Shown: positions 31,902 to 44,697, counted from the stretch's first letter. The stretch is DNA of 64,000 nucleotides from Amoebophrya sp. A120 (GCA_905178155.1 CAJINV010000008.1:3555292-3619291), one strand, 5' to 3'. Translations and numbers: made by a program. The notes: generated by a model not told the origin, from the letters alone.

Positions 31902-34394
31902 ATGGCACGGCATGGAATTACAACCACGTTGGACGATGATGCAGCCTCCTCCTTTTCCTTCTGGGTTGTCCGGGAAGACAAGATCGGTGCGTGGTTGGGA
32001 ACGAGACCCACCCCCGCTGGGATGGACGATGCGGGCGAAAGATCTGCGGCCGCGGCAGCAGACGAGATTCTCGATAAGAACCTCCTGCGAAGTGGCAACG
32101 GCAGCTGCGATGACGCAAAGATCTGCTTGAACGAGGAGGAACGTCTCTTGTTCTCGGAAAAAGTATGTGAACAAATGTTGCAGCCGGGGGCGCCTCCACA
32201 AGTGCACGTCGAGCGTCTTCCTGAAGGCGAGGAGCACAGCACTTCTGTAGGAGGTGTGGCACCATCCTCTCCCGCTCCGCTGGGACAAGCGTCAGACCGG
32301 GTCTTTTTCTGCCGCAAGGACCGCGTGTTGTGCGTGCGACACCACTCTCACTCAAGAACCTTAGACACCAACTTCATCTCGGCGTTTCTTGGTGATACGT
32401 CGACTGGAGCTACTCAGCATCACCTTATTTCTCCGGAAAAGTTCGATGTGGAAATCCGCCGCGATCGGGACCGCATCCTGGTCACGTTTGCCGATGGTGA
32501 CGGAGAGGAAGAGATGCGAAAAGACTACAAAAAATTGCGGAAGCGCAAGGAGGGCGCAAAGAGCAAGCACTTTTTTCTTGACCCACATAAAAAATACAAT
32601 GCGCGAGCGGCCAGCTTCTGGCGACGTCCCTCTTTCGCAACGACGAATCATCCCACATGGAAGCGAGAAACCTGGACTCGGAATATTGAACTTCGAGAAT
32701 GGGAATTGTGTGATCCAGAAGAAGCAGGCACAGCTAGGGAGCTGGAGGAACTCCTGGCCTTAGAAGTTCTCCATCAGCAGCGCAGTGCCGACAATGGCGT
32801 CGTCTCGCGGGGGCCCTCGTCGTGTCTGTCGTCCGCAGAACCAGCAATGTTTCGGCTCCTGTTCCGACCTCGAGAGCGCTGGTTTCGGCTCTGGCTGTGC
32901 AGCGCGATCCAAAATTTTCGTTCTAACGGCTGGCACCACTTTTTACCTTCGGCGGCACTACAAACTCACTTCGACAGACTCAAAGGAAAATTATCGTCTC
33001 ATGCGAACGAGGAAGCGCCGGATTATAATTGTACAAAAAATGTGCAGCTGACGCGCGGAACATGCGGTACATTCGCTTCGCAAGACGAGCGCGCTCTTCA
33101 CGACTGGAAGGTCACTGCTATTGTACGACAGGAGTGTTCCGACGCCTACTGGCTTCGCTCCATCGTAGAAAAGAAGCTTCAAAAAGACCCCAAACAGAAC
33201 TGGCCGCAACTGGCCAGGTCGTTGGCTGGCCACGCACGGGTGGCGCCGTTTTTCTACCACCCGCAACATGCGCGCGCGCTGCCGCTGTTCCTGCGAAGCC
33301 ACCACTTCCTTTCGCCGACCGGGACGAGACGCTTCTACTACATCAAAACCGTCGTCGTCCAGGTGCTTCCACGCTCTTGTCTCGTGGGCACGACGCTCGG
33401 GTCGGGAAAACTCCAGAAATACGCGCAAATCTGCGGTGTGGGATTCGTCAATGTTTTGCTCATTCGGAACAACGACATTGAACACCAAAAGATGATGAAC
33501 GCTCCATCGGCCGCGGACGAACAAGGCGGCGCCCGGAGGACGACAGACGAGGAACACTTAGTCCAGAGGAACGATTCAGCTGCTGCACACGACCGTGCAC
33601 CTGCTTCTTCGAGCCAAAGCGAAGAACTAGATGATGAACAATCTTTCCGAGAAGGACCTACCTCGCGTCACACGTTCGTGATGGACACGCAGAAAAACAC
33701 GATCGTGGAAAAGAATGCGGTGCTCTTTCTCCACGTGCAGGCATCAACCGTTCCCGGCGAGGACCAACCCTTGCAGATGTTTCTGGCGCAGCTTGATCTC
33801 CGCCGCCTACGCTACCGCCGCCTGCCCATGGAACGTTTCCAGATCCCGTACCGCCTCAAATTGTCACCGGAGTTAGGAGCATCTTCTGGTGCAGCAGCTG
33901 CAGTAGGAGGGAAAAATTCAAGGGGGGAAAGTAGAAGTGCTAGCCGTGATGAAGAAGATCCTTCCACTTGCTCCTCCTATACAGGGAAATTCCATATCAT
34001 CGACCCGAGCTATGCACACCACGACCCGAGCTCAAGGCAGATGACGTTGAGGACCACCGCGACCGACGACCAGTCGGTCGCGTTGCCGCACAGCCACACG
34101 ATTCCCTTTCGCCAGCAGCTGGGGGTCAACCTCCCCGGGGCCTTTGACTTTGGCGACTGCGCCTCGCCAGCCGAAGACCTGCCGGCGCACTTCCTGGTGC
34201 AGCCGACAACCACACTGCGACCCGGAACATCGTTCGTACTCACGGTCATGATCCCGCAAAACGAGCATTTACTACCGGAGGACGAGGAGTACTGCGAATC
34301 GCACGACTGCCGCTCGCGGGAAACGGAGCTCCAAAAGGTGTTGTGCAACGCGGACATTCTGGGCCGTTTTTTGACCAGGATTGAGGAAAACTGA
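31902..34394 (+). CDS. Intronless hypothetical protein (~830 aa)
   Basis: Long stop-free ORF with coding-like composition, first ATG at 31902; no motif recognised. Confidence 0.75.
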   Translation: MARHGITTTLDDDAASSFSFWVVREDKIGAWLGTRPTPAGMDDAGERSAAAAADEILDKNLLRSGNGSCDDAKICLNEEERLLFSEKVCEQMLQPGAPPQVHVERLPEGEEHSTSVGGVAPSSPAPLGQASDRVFFCRKDRVLCVRHHSHSRTLDTNFISAFLGDTSTGATQHHLISPEKFDVEIRRDRDRILVTFADGDGEEEMRKDYKKLRKRKEGAKSKHFFLDPHKKYNARAASFWRRPSFATTNHPTWKRETWTRNIELREWELCDPEEAGTARELEELLALEVLHQQRSADNGVVSRGPSSCLSSAEPAMFRLLFRPRERWFRLWLCSAIQNFRSNGWHHFLPSAALQTHFDRLKGKLSSHANEEAPDYNCTKNVQLTRGTCGTFASQDERALHDWKVTAIVRQECSDAYWLRSIVEKKLQKDPKQNWPQLARSLAGHARVAPFFYHPQHARALPLFLRSHHFLSPTGTRRFYYIKTVVVQVLPRSCLVGTTLGSGKLQKYAQICGVGFVNVLLIRNNDIEHQKMMNAPSAADEQGGARRTTDEEHLVQRNDSAAAHDRAPASSSQSEELDDEQSFREGPTSRHTFVMDTQKNTIVEKNAVLFLHVQASTVPGEDQPLQMFLAQLDLRRLRYRRLPMERFQIPYRLKLSPELGASSGAAAAVGGKNSRGESRSASRDEEDPSTCSSYTGKFHIIDPSYAHHDPSSRQMTLRTTATDDQSVALPHSHTIPFRQQLGVNLPGAFDFGDCASPAEDLPAHFLVQPTTTLRPGTSFVLTVMIPQNEHLLPEDEEYCESHDCRSRETELQKVLCNADILGRFLTRIEEN

Positions 34395-35088
34395 GCGGAT
34401 TCATCGTTTTCAAAGAGAAACAAAGAAATCCAAATCCGAGGTGGAAAAAACAATTTAGCAGATGAGAACTAGAACAAGTAGACCTATTGCGAGATGACCC
34501 GCTTTGCTCTGCAATACTGGTTGATGTTGAGCGATTCCCATTCACGATCAATACAAATCCCTACTTGCTGTTGGTACATCTGAAAGTGCATCTTCAGCAA
34601 GTGTGGTGTGAAAAAAAGACCTCCACGACATGTATTTTCTGGCCACTGCCGTTGGAAGTTCCAGGGCTGAAGCTTTATTGTTGTTCTCGCGCGAAATAAA
34701 AATACTTCGTTGGAGGGACAAACGAGGAAGAACCTTTCTGTGATTATCTATGGATATTATGCGGACCGTGCGTTCGTAAACGATGCTAGCAGTAGCATGC
34801 ACTTGTACTTACCACGTCCTCAAGTCAAGCAACTAGAGGACTAACTTTGAATACAACCAGGATCTCCACTGTGTGATCTGATTGTGAGCGCGGCACTTCT
34901 GAGCAACGACTTGCTTCATTTCCTTGAGACGCTTGCGTACTTGCGTTTTTTCGTTCTCGTATCTTCTGTTGTCGCCGTTTTGTTGAGTTATGCACTAAGT
35001 TACGAATAAGAACCTCGTACCCCTCCTAGTACATGCTGAAGGAGCGTGTCCTTTCGGTTGACAGAATTGAGCCAGCTTGCCCGCGAAG

Positions 35089-37534
35089 ATGGGCAAAAAA
35101 TCGAAGAAGAAGGACAAGGGGCCACCTTTGCCGGGGATCCCAAGGCTGCCGGCGAGCCACCCAAACTACGTCGATGTGCAGCTGCAGGAGGACAACATAG
35201 ACCTCGTATCGCGGAAAAGCTGGTCCCGGTCGTGGTTGTTTTTAGCTGCCGGTGTTTCTCTTTGTCATGTGCAAGAAGTGGAACACTTAAACTTATTCGC
35301 TCAGGATGTGGAAGATGCGTCTTCGTCTTCCATCATGAAGAGAGTGTGTATGTTGTCTACGTTGCCCTCAAATTGGGGTCAAAATCCTATTCCGTTCTAT
35401 AGTAAAGATTAAGATCGTGAATACCTTGCAACAACGACCTGTATTTTTCGCTTCGATAATTTACCAAGAGGATCGAAACCTTGGAGCGGCAATTGCTGGT
35501 GAAGAAGAGAATAGAAGAGGTACGACCTGTCTAGTTTCTTGAACTTCGTTTGAAAATTTTTTTCGGCCGCAATCGGCACTTATTTTTGATAAGGTTCCAG
35601 GTCCTTGAACTTGATGCAGCTTTTCGGTCATGGTCGACGTGCTGCAACGACGGCTTAGGCTGCTTCTCTGCACTATAGATTTAGATCTTTGTGTTTCCGT
35701 TTTCGTTTAGCACTATAACTAATATACAACAGAATCTCCGGTCCTCGACGATGAAAACACGAACGCAGCTGGATCACATGTATCGAAAGGAAAAATCCCC
35801 CCTCCCCATATCAAAACGGAATTTCTGATGCTGGATTCATTTGTGTACACAAATCAGGTTTGTATTGCAGAGAGGCACTGCGGCCAGATCCCCAGGCTAG
35901 GTAGGGGCGTATGGGTCTAGTTGTTCAGCATGGCAAGCGGCTCACTTTTAGGGCCAGCAGCATGACAAATCGCTTCCATAATGGGGCGGAAGCTTCTGCC
36001 CTTGTCTTCTTGCAAGACAAATGTCATATGTGGCCTCAAATGAATCAGCAACGCAAATTTTCGGAAACATACCTTTTCGATATGGGGAGGGGGAATTGTT
36101 CCTTTTGATAACATGCAGGAGGACCTTACACTGGAAAAGCGCACTACCTACGCAGTGACTTCCGACCTCACGCGACAATACAAGGCCATGCAGGAGGATC
36201 TGATCCACAAGATCAACAGTACAGTGATCGATGTTGCGTTCTTGTTCTTTCACGATGTATGGTTCACGCTCGCTGCTTGACACGCCAGAATTTGTGATGC
36301 AGAACTTCCTACTAATTGGATCGAAAGCGAAAGCGTAAGCTGCTTTTACGATTACCTGCGGCAGATTCTATCAATCGGCACAACAGGCTTGGAAACGACG
36401 TTGACGGAACAGCGAGAAGAAGTGGATATGTCACAGCATGGTATGAAATGAAAAGGAGAGGGATCATGTTCAACAGCTGTACCAAAAGGCAAAAACAAGG
36501 CTCCGCCATTAAGTTAAGTAGGCGGAGAAAGCTATGCCAAAACAAAATTTGATGCCGGATGTAAATGTAATGCGACTGAATTTTCCACGAAGACAAAGGT
36601 ATAAGAAATTGGAAGAGGAAGTGCCATGCCTGAGAGAGGAGTCCGTATGCGGAACACAAAAGCCTGACGCGGAAGGAAAAATTTCGGTAGAAAAGTTTGT
36701 GTCGCGTTGTTTTTACACTTCTCGCGACGAGTTCACTCAGCATCCTTCTTTTTCCTCAGTCATACAGAAACTGCAGGAGCTCGTAAGGGATAAGAACGAC
36801 ATCATCCGCCACAAGGATCGGGTAATCGAAGAACTGAAAGTCCGCATGGAAACGATGTCCACTGAGTTCGAACAAATGCTGTCTATGACCCTGAAGAGCA
36901 TGAAGGTATAATTTTTTGAGTGCTGTTCGGGGTAGCCTCTACCTTTTCGCATCATGATTCGAATAAGCCGAGTTATCTACACCTACACGACAGTCCGCTG
37001 CATGACTAGTATTTCGTATCCCGGTCGTCCCGGGCCAAGCCCAAGCTGCTTTCCCGCGATCGCATGAGAGAAAATCCTTCGTTCAACAGGAGCACATGGC
37101 GACCAAGCTGAACCAGGACCAGCGGGAAACGGTCGTGAAAAATGCCCAGGATATTGCGAGGAAAAATCCCCCCTCCCCATATCAAAGCAAAATTTCTGAT
37201 GCTGGATTTGCGTACACAAATCAGCCCTGTCTTGCAGTAGAGGACTGCAGGCCTATAGGAAGCCTAAGTGGAGGGGTTTCGGCCTAGGCGCTCAGCATGA
37301 CAGAAGTCTATGCTGTAGGCCCAACAGCATCACAAACCGCCGGCATGATGCAGGGCGTCTTCTTGGTTTGCCTTCTTGCAAGACATTTGTGACCATAAAT
37401 CAGCATCGCAAATTTCTACAAATCTACCTCTTCAGTATGGGGAGAGGGGATTTTTCCTTACGATACAGGACAAGCTGGAAGAGTACACAAAAAAAGTAGC
37501 AGCCACGGCAAACGCGAGCTCGCCGACGAGGTGA
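35089..37534 (+). CDS. CCDC153: CCDC153/DRC12-like coiled-coil flagellar protein (213 aa); exons 35089-35206, 35464-35519, 35733-35780, 36116-36218, 36387-36441, 36770-36905, 37090-37151, 37471-37534
   Basis: SDLTRQYKAMQEDL..KDRVIEELKVRMETMSTEFEQML resembles CCDC153; 4 introners and 3 GT-AG introns join in frame. Confidence 0.7.
35207..35458. mobile_element. Introner, strongly degenerate
   Basis: TATCGCGGAAAA..GGTC / GACCTGTATTTTTCGCTTCGATA; no TSD; element+5 nt removal is in frame. Confidence 0.55.
35781..36110. mobile_element. Introner, family C
   Basis: TIR, exact TSD ACATG. Confidence 0.92.
36442..36764. mobile_element. Introner, degenerate
   Basis: TATGAAATGAAAAGGAGAGGGATC / GCATCCTTCTTTTTCCTCAGTCATA; TSD CATGG/CAGAA; in-frame join. 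Confidence 0.55.
37152..37465. mobile_element. Introner, family C
   Basis: TIR, exact TSD CAGGA. Confidence 0.92.
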
Positions 37535-38726
37535 CCACACGAGATGATCAGCGCTACGAGAAAGCAAAGTTTGGTAAGACAAGCCGGGCTAGTCGAGTAC
37601 TGGAAAAGTATTCGACGCATCCGTCTTCGTTACTTGAACTTGATAAAGGAGATTCTTCCACCCAGATAAAAACTCAGCTCGTATAACTTGATGGAGTGAA
37701 TATAACCAAGAAACCCGATGAGAGATCGTGAGTTGCAAAAGCTTCACGAAATCAAAAAAGCCAGATAATTGACCAGAACATTGATGATGACCGAATCCGG
37801 GCTAAGTCTATTGAAGTGAGTGGAATTCGTGCCTTCATGTAGCGGCAAGAGGACTAATGTAGTAAGTATGAAAGTTTGAAGATATTGATTTTGTACTGTG
37901 AGCTGGTAGAAAACGAAAGAACCAGGCCGGCGAAGGCCTCAGAAACCGAAACGGTATAAACTGATGTAACCGCTGAACGGTCGTCTACAGGTTGTGTTTG
38001 TTTTTTTCGCTGCAGGTTCGGTAAGAAAAATGATTTGCTTCGTGAGCGGCCTGTTTTGCAAATTCAAAGCACTCGCCAATCAGTGTCCCGCGTCCGTGGA
38101 GCTGCTGACGCTCTTCCTAGAAAATGGTAAATCCACAAGCAAGAAGCTCATGGCTGCCCATTAGGCCGGCATCTAGAGCTTCACTTCTTCATCAACATGA
38201 ACAAGATCCCAAGAGGTTTTATTTTGTTTTTTGATCGTCTTTGATCAACACTGCACATCTATGCTTTTCGTCACCGTTGCATTAGCGATCCCGCCTTTTT
38301 GCTTTTTGTGGAGAGTTTCTGTTTGACGTTATTGTTGATGTGATCGACACCGATCATACCGTTATCATTGGTCTCCGTTGTCAACTTCAAGGGTGCTTTT
38401 TTCGATCGCGCACTCTGCAGCCGACGTTCCAAATAAAGTGCGGATGATGCTGAAGTCGGTACCTTTTGTATAGGTACCCATGTTGGCTTCAGAGCAAATA
38501 TTGAGCAACTCCGAAGATTTAATTGTCTTTACACAGATCAGAAGCTGTGCAACTTCGCGCCTAAAGAGCCAGAGTTGTGACCACTCAGCGCACGTGTTAC
38601 GCCACGCCTAGCAGACAGGAAATAGTAAAACGGCAGCGGAGCTCGAGCTCCGCCTCCGGCCTCCGAAGCCACACTACAGCAGGAACACGCGCTTATAATT
38701 GATAAATTATTCGCAAGGAACAAACC

Positions 38727-41572
38727 ATGGATACGAAGTTGTTTATCGACCTGTTGGCCAACCGGTCAGAGTCGAAATTCGAGCAACTTCCCGAGAAAAT
38801 TACCGAGTACATGCCGAAAAAGGAACCGACGTACGATAAAGATCTTGGGATAATCTTTCGCGTTCTTGAGCCGTATTACACCAAAGCAGCTGTCTATGCA
38901 AAGCAAAAACTGTTTCACTGTGATGATTTTGCAAGATCTGCCTCACAAGCATGCTACACATGAGACTAAAAACCTGTCATGCGCGTTTCCCAAAGGAAAA
39001 CACGCTTGAAATTCCAATGCCTTGCAAGTGTAGCAAGACAAATACTTCTGTGTTCCATTTTCTGCATCACAAATTCACAGTGAAACAGTTTTTTTTTGCG
39101 ATACTGTCGACGATGTCACAACGGCCATGCTCAACGGCGAGATCTCGTCGGGAACACGGTGGCCGCGGCAAATGGCAGAGAAGGTTTGCGTTTGAAAATG
39201 TTTTTTTATGAATGTGCAGCTTGTTCCTCCGGGTCATTTTTAATAGGTGTCGGTTGCATGATCCGTCCTGCCGTTCGGCGTGTGTATGTTGGTTCGTTCC
39301 TAGTACGATCTTCCTTGTGAAGATAGATATTCGTTTTGCTCGTGCTAAGTACAACTTGAAGATCCTTATAAAATGACATCCGAATGATCTTATTTATTAA
39401 AACTATCGCAAGATTTGCGCCACCTACTCGGTTCCGGTCGCTTTTCCGACCTCTTCTGGCGCGTCGGCCCTGCACGTTTCCTTGTTGTGCATCAACGTCT
39501 ACCAGTACGAGGTGATCGTTCCCGCACTGACCATGGTGGCGGTCGCCAACGCGGTCAAACTGGCGGGGGGCATCCCCATCTTTGCGGACTGCGCCAAAGA
39601 CAACATCAACCCGTCGCTGAAGGAGATCAAGGCCAAAAAATCGGTCAGGACGAAAGCGGTCATCGTTTGCCACACCTACGGGATCGTATGCCCCGAGATC
39701 CGGGAAATTGCCGAGTATTGCAAACTATGAACTGCAAAAGTATCGTATTCGTATCACTATCAATGCATTACAAATTTCCTCAGCATGAGAAATAAAATTT
39801 GTAATGCGGAGCTGCCTTACGGAAAAGATTTGTAATGCATGACTGCAATTACTACGAGTACGATACTTTTGCGCAGCATACAAACAGGAAAATCTACCGC
39901 TAATCGAGGACATCTGCGAGTGCATGGGCGCAAGGGTAGACAACCATCCCGAGCTATTGCAATGAAAAATGCCCCCACCCCCGAACTTGAAAGCATTTGT
40001 ATTGCAAACCTTTCCAAATGAAACATTCGCCCACTTGCATGTATCAGCATCACAGATTTCCGATCGTGAATAGGAAAAATTTGTATTGCAAAAGATCGCA
40101 GCAAGAGCGGTGCTTGTCATGCAAGCAATGCGAAACACCACTAGAATCTGCATCAGAAAGATTCATATTCCTTTCATGCATGACAAAAGGTTTTCATTTG
40201 GAAACTTCGCATCACAAATTTTTGCAACTTTGGGGGTGGGGGGCACTTTTCACTGTAATACGAGCCGAGAGTACTGAGGGGAAGCTCTATTATAAATGGG
40301 AAAGCGATGCTGGATCATATTTTTCTTTTTGTGTCGTCAGCCCCAGCACTTCAATTTATTCGCACAGGAAGGAGTGCAAACGCTACAAAAACAGAACCCA
40401 AATAACACAAACATCGTCGTGAAGGTTGCAAATCCCAGTACTTGTGCCTAAGCAAAAAAATAAGCAGAAGTACATAAAAACAAAACTACCAGGATCCTAC
40501 CGTGGGTCGGTACCTGCTCGCCGGTGCGTTTGGCGATTTCAGTTGCTCCAGTCTGTATGCCAACAAGCAGATCACCGCGGGCGACGGTGGCTGGGTGCAC
40601 AGCATTTCAGAGGAACACGCGCCGCGGCTGAAGAGTTTGATCAACCACGGGTTTGACCCCGCGTTTCACTTCCTGCACTTTGAAACCGCGCCCAACGCCA
40701 AGATCAACGGTCTGGGCGCGGCGTTTCTCAACTCGCAAATCGGCGAAAACCTCCACCAGCAGGTGGAGAAGCGGCACGAGATCGCGTTTTGGTACCGGAA
40801 GGCACTGTGGAACGAGAAATTGACGGCGTTCAACCCGGAGGGGACGGAAACGGAGCGAACTGCGGCTTTGGCGACTGCAACGTCCTCCAGCAGCGGGGAA
40901 GACGAGGAGGACCCAACGACCGCGACGCAGACGGGAGAGGACCACATGGGGGAGTCAAATAGTTCACTAGCAGCTCCTCCTGCGCAAGAACAAGGTGCGC
41001 AACAAGACGACACAAATTTCCTGACCCCGAAGTCGGAAGCCACCAGCAAGCTGGAAAACAGTCAGAGTGGTAGACTCCCTCCGCTCTTCCCTCTGCGCGG
41101 TATCAACGAGAAGACAATCATGCAGAACCGGTGTTTCTTCGACGCGCCGTGGGTATTCGGGATAGAGACCAAAGACCAGAAGACCCGGGATTCGCTGCGG
41201 CAGTATCTCGCAGAATTCGGCATCGAGTCGCGGAACTACTTCTTCCCCTTGCACGTGCAGCCGGTAAACTACTACGAATACGCACGGGGCGTCGCGGGCA
41301 GCTACAAGGCCTGGGAGGTGGAGCTGCCTCACGCGCTCAAGTTCGGCTCGGTGGGCCTGTACCTGCCCACCCACAGTTTCCTGGAGGAGGAAGATGTTAC
41401 GTACATTGTAGCTGTGTGCAAGAGGTTTTTTTTCCCTCCAGAAGAAGCTGCGAGAAATCAGCATAGTACCTCGGAGGAGGACAAACTGTTCAAAGAGCTG
41501 TCGACGGCCAGGAAAAAAGGCTGGGTAGACGAAAAGAGAAGTGTTTTACTAGGGACGAAAGGAAGTAGATGA
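38727..41572 (+). CDS. DegT/DnrJ/EryC1/StrS (perosamine synthase-like) PLP-dependent sugar aminotransferase, ~569 aa; exons 38727-38894, 39109-39183, 39413-39725, 39886-39954, 40266-40270, 40493-41572
   Basis: SSGASALH, VIVPALTMVAVANAV, TKAVIVCHTYG, LIEDICECMGA, PLP-lysine motif SLYANKQITAGDGG, GIESRNYFFPLH, GLYLPT. Confidence 0.88.
38895..39103. mobile_element. Introner, family E-like
   Basis: AAAAACTGTTTCACTGTGA TIR, exact TSD CTGTC. Confidence 0.9.
39726..39880. mobile_element. Introner, family D
   Basis: TIR, exact TSD CAAAC. Confidence 0.9.
39955..40260. mobile_element. Introner, family C-like
   Basis: TATTGCAATGAAAAATGCCCCCACCCCC TIR, exact TSD CGAGC. Confidence 0.9.
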
Positions 41573-41971
41573 AAGTGTTGAAACTTGTACATCAAAATTA
41601 ACTTGCAGGGAGATCTCGTTTTTGCAGATCATTGGTTCTCGACGGACAAACAAAGGATTGCGTTTCAAGGGTTCTTGTTGCCGAGGACACGCAACATAAG
41701 CAGGGTCAGGTTACCGCTTTGCGGTTTGAATAAGAAGTGTCGGTCGCACGTCGGTGAAAGGTCATGGAATTAGGCTCTCTCATCTCCCGCACATCAACTC
41801 GTCTTAAACTTCTCAAAGAAACTCTACAAAGTGCGAGCGTTCAACTGTGTCGATTGATATTTTTACGACAATGAAAATATTTGACATGATCTCCATTTCG
41901 CAGATTTCGTTTTGCTATCTTGAGCAACAGCCCAATTCCCATGGCTCGAGGCATACGAAAGAATCGTCAAA

Positions 41972-42754
41972 ATGTTCGCGCACTATTCTCCCGCGAGTAG
42001 GGCTCCAGGAGGTTGCGCTGCGGTCTCCAGGAGGCTGCTTGTCATGAATTTTCGCCCTCCAAACTACACATCGCCCCTTTGCGGTGCTAGAGTAACTTTT
42101 GCGATAAGGAGTCACCGCTTCTTCAGCGTCCCGCCCCTTTGTGATTATAGTACTATCGACCGAAGATTTTTCTCCTCAGCCCCTTCCCCCCCATCTGAAA
42201 CTACGAGCGAGAACGACAACGGCAAAGACCAAAAATCCCCACTCGGGAGCTCGCACGCGATCGTGGAAAACACCGGCTCGGTTGCCCGCGACCATCTCGC
42301 AAACGAGCGGACCTTTCTCGCATGGGCGAAGGTCGGCCTTGCGTTTACCGCGGCAGGTACGGCCTTGTTCTCCGCGTACCACACCGAACGGGAGTTAGCC
42401 GACCGCGTATCGAAATACTCCCTGGAAAATAAAAAGCAGGACCAACAAAAAACCTCCACGAACACGGATGTTCCTGAAAAATCTCAGCAAGAACTCCTAT
42501 CAACGAGCACACAGCGCAACAGAAGTTCCGCAGCAAGTAGTAGAAATGCGCGAAAAGAGAAGATCACGCTAGCCTCGGGGCTTCTCTGGGCCAACGGCGG
42601 CTTGCTGCTCTTGTACAGCCTGTACCGGTATTTGTCTGTCCAGAGAGCACTGTTGAAAGGCCAGTTCATCCTCGCGAAACGCGGCTTGTTTGCCGTTACG
42701 TTTTGCACGGCAGTGTGCACGGGTGGTGCGCTGGTACTCGTGTATTTGAGTTGA
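41972..42754 (+). CDS. DUF202/YidH-family membrane protein
   Basis: ARDHLANERTFLAW signature plus three hydrophobic helices; start uncertain. Confidence 0.85.
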   Translation: MFAHYSPASRAPGGCAAVSRRLLVMNFRPPNYTSPLCGARVTFAIRSHRFFSVPPLCDYSTIDRRFFSSAPSPPSETTSENDNGKDQKSPLGSSHAIVENTGSVARDHLANERTFLAWAKVGLAFTAAGTALFSAYHTERELADRVSKYSLENKKQDQQKTSTNTDVPEKSQQELLSTSTQRNRSSAASSRNARKEKITLASGLLWANGGLLLLYSLYRYLSVQRALLKGQFILAKRGLFAVTFCTAVCTGGALVLVYLS

Positions 42755-43853
42755 TAGGTCCATTTTGACTTTTGATAATAAGTGCAACGGAAAAATATTC
42801 ATTCTGTTTAGAAGAGAGGGAATCATGTATGTCGACGTCAGAAGTTGTTGCGAAGCAAATCAATGCTCCTTTCGGAAGCAACGTGGATGCGGCTACTTAC
42901 GCCCTCAGCTTGTTCGAATAATAGGTCCGTGTCCGCTGTGCTACGCACTACATGACCAACACAAATAAAGCGAGAATTTAAAAGTCGAAAGTCGGTACAG
43001 AGCCATGTTTATTGGGCATACGGGGGGGACTCTTGACAAGGACAAAGTGTCGATTTTTAAAGGGCAGTTTTTTCTTCTGAGAATGAATGTTTTCCTCTAC
43101 TGACGAGATATCGCAACCAAGAAAAGAACAGCTCGAAGGCCTCGTGCTTTTTTTCGCCAACCGCAGAGAACAATAAAATGTCGCTGATAATATTGTGAAT
43201 TTTCCTTGGGGATTGAATGACTGATATGTTTACTCGTTTAATATAATTAAGAGTATGGCGAAAATCCTCACGACCAGAAAATCACTTCCAGACCCTGTCT
43301 TCGCTCACTACCCCTCGCCCACCCGTTTCGGTTCCTCTATCCATCGGTACAGAAAATTGAACATCTTCATTATCTTCAGTCGGTTTAAAGAAATTGTGGA
43401 TCTAGGTATAGCATATGCAGTAAATAGGAATCGTAATCGTTTCAAATTGGACATTCAAATGCACCGCAGCCACGGTAGTGCGAGGAATAGCACTTCTAGT
43501 ATCGTCATCTAGTGCCAGGTGTCAAGGAGTGGCGGAACAAAAGCTCTCATCAATGTTTTTCCTGGTTGTAGTACGTAACGATTTCCTTTTCGCAAAAACG
43601 ATGGAGCACTTTTCTGAGTGTGTCTCTAATTGTTCTATGAGATAGCGTGCTGCTCAGGTACAACTATAATTGACAAGAACTACGGGGACGAGAATACTCA
43701 TATAAAGGGCAGGGAGGAGCGAGCCATCTACATCTCCTGTATGAGTAATTCGCAACACCTGCTACACCGAGCAAAGGAACAAGGCCGCATTTTTGCTCAT
43801 CTTGTTGAAGGAACTTGAGTAAAAAAACAAAAGTTGAGTAACTTGCTGCAAAA

Positions 43854-44697
43854 ATGTCGTTCGTTTCCCGTGCGGTCCAGGTGGTCACCAATAAGGAGAC
43901 CGGGATCACCACCACACACTTCTGGGGTCCGGTCGCAAACTGGGGCCTCAGTCTCGCTGCGGTCTACGACATGCAGTTCAGAAGCGTCGACGTGGTGAGT
44001 TACAACATGACCGGAACCCTCTATCAGAGTGCACGACGCCACCTGCTACCTCTCATGATTTGTAAAATAGTATAGTACCAATATATAACCAAACCCACAT
44101 GATCTTGATCTTGCCTTGAAGCACTTTCTGCGTCACAAATTTTGGAACCTCGAGCAGAAGTACTGAAATTAATCCATATTGGGAATCTTTCATGCGGTCG
44201 TGGAGGCCACAGACACTCCTACCGTTCTTGATGGTACTGCTACTGCTGCTCATCACCTTCCAGAGAGGGGGAGGCGGAGTTGTGCACTCTCATACCCTCT
44301 GCGTCTACTCATTGTTTTTCATGCGATTCGCATGGATGGTGCAGCCGAGGTGAGGATATAGAGAATTGGGGTTTCCGTTTTTTTTTCTTGCTATTGTTCT
44401 TCTGAAAATGCAAGAGTAGTTCGTTTTTCTCCATCCATAGCTAGACGAAGAAGCAGAACACCAAAAACTCAAAAAACTTTGACTTTCAGAAACTACATTC
44501 TGCTTGCGTGCCACGCATTTAACGAGGCCGCACAGTGCACGCAGCTGGTTCGCAAGTGGAATCACGACAACCAGAAAGCGGCCATATCCGGCGGCACCGC
44601 CGCCGCCACCGCGGGGCAGTCGCTCGCTATGGCTGCGGGCGGCGGAAGCCAGTCCTCCTGGCCGGGCATCGTCCCAAAGCTGCAGGCGCAGGTATGA
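43854..44697 (+). CDS. MPC1: Mitochondrial pyruvate carrier 1; exons 43854-44021, 44300-44349, 44490-44697
   Basis: [44 protein letters not shown].AQ. Confidence 0.93.
44022..44294. mobile_element. Introner (short TIR TATCAGAGTGCAC)
   Basis: TIR, exact TSD CCCTC; removal restores MPC1. Confidence 0.88.
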
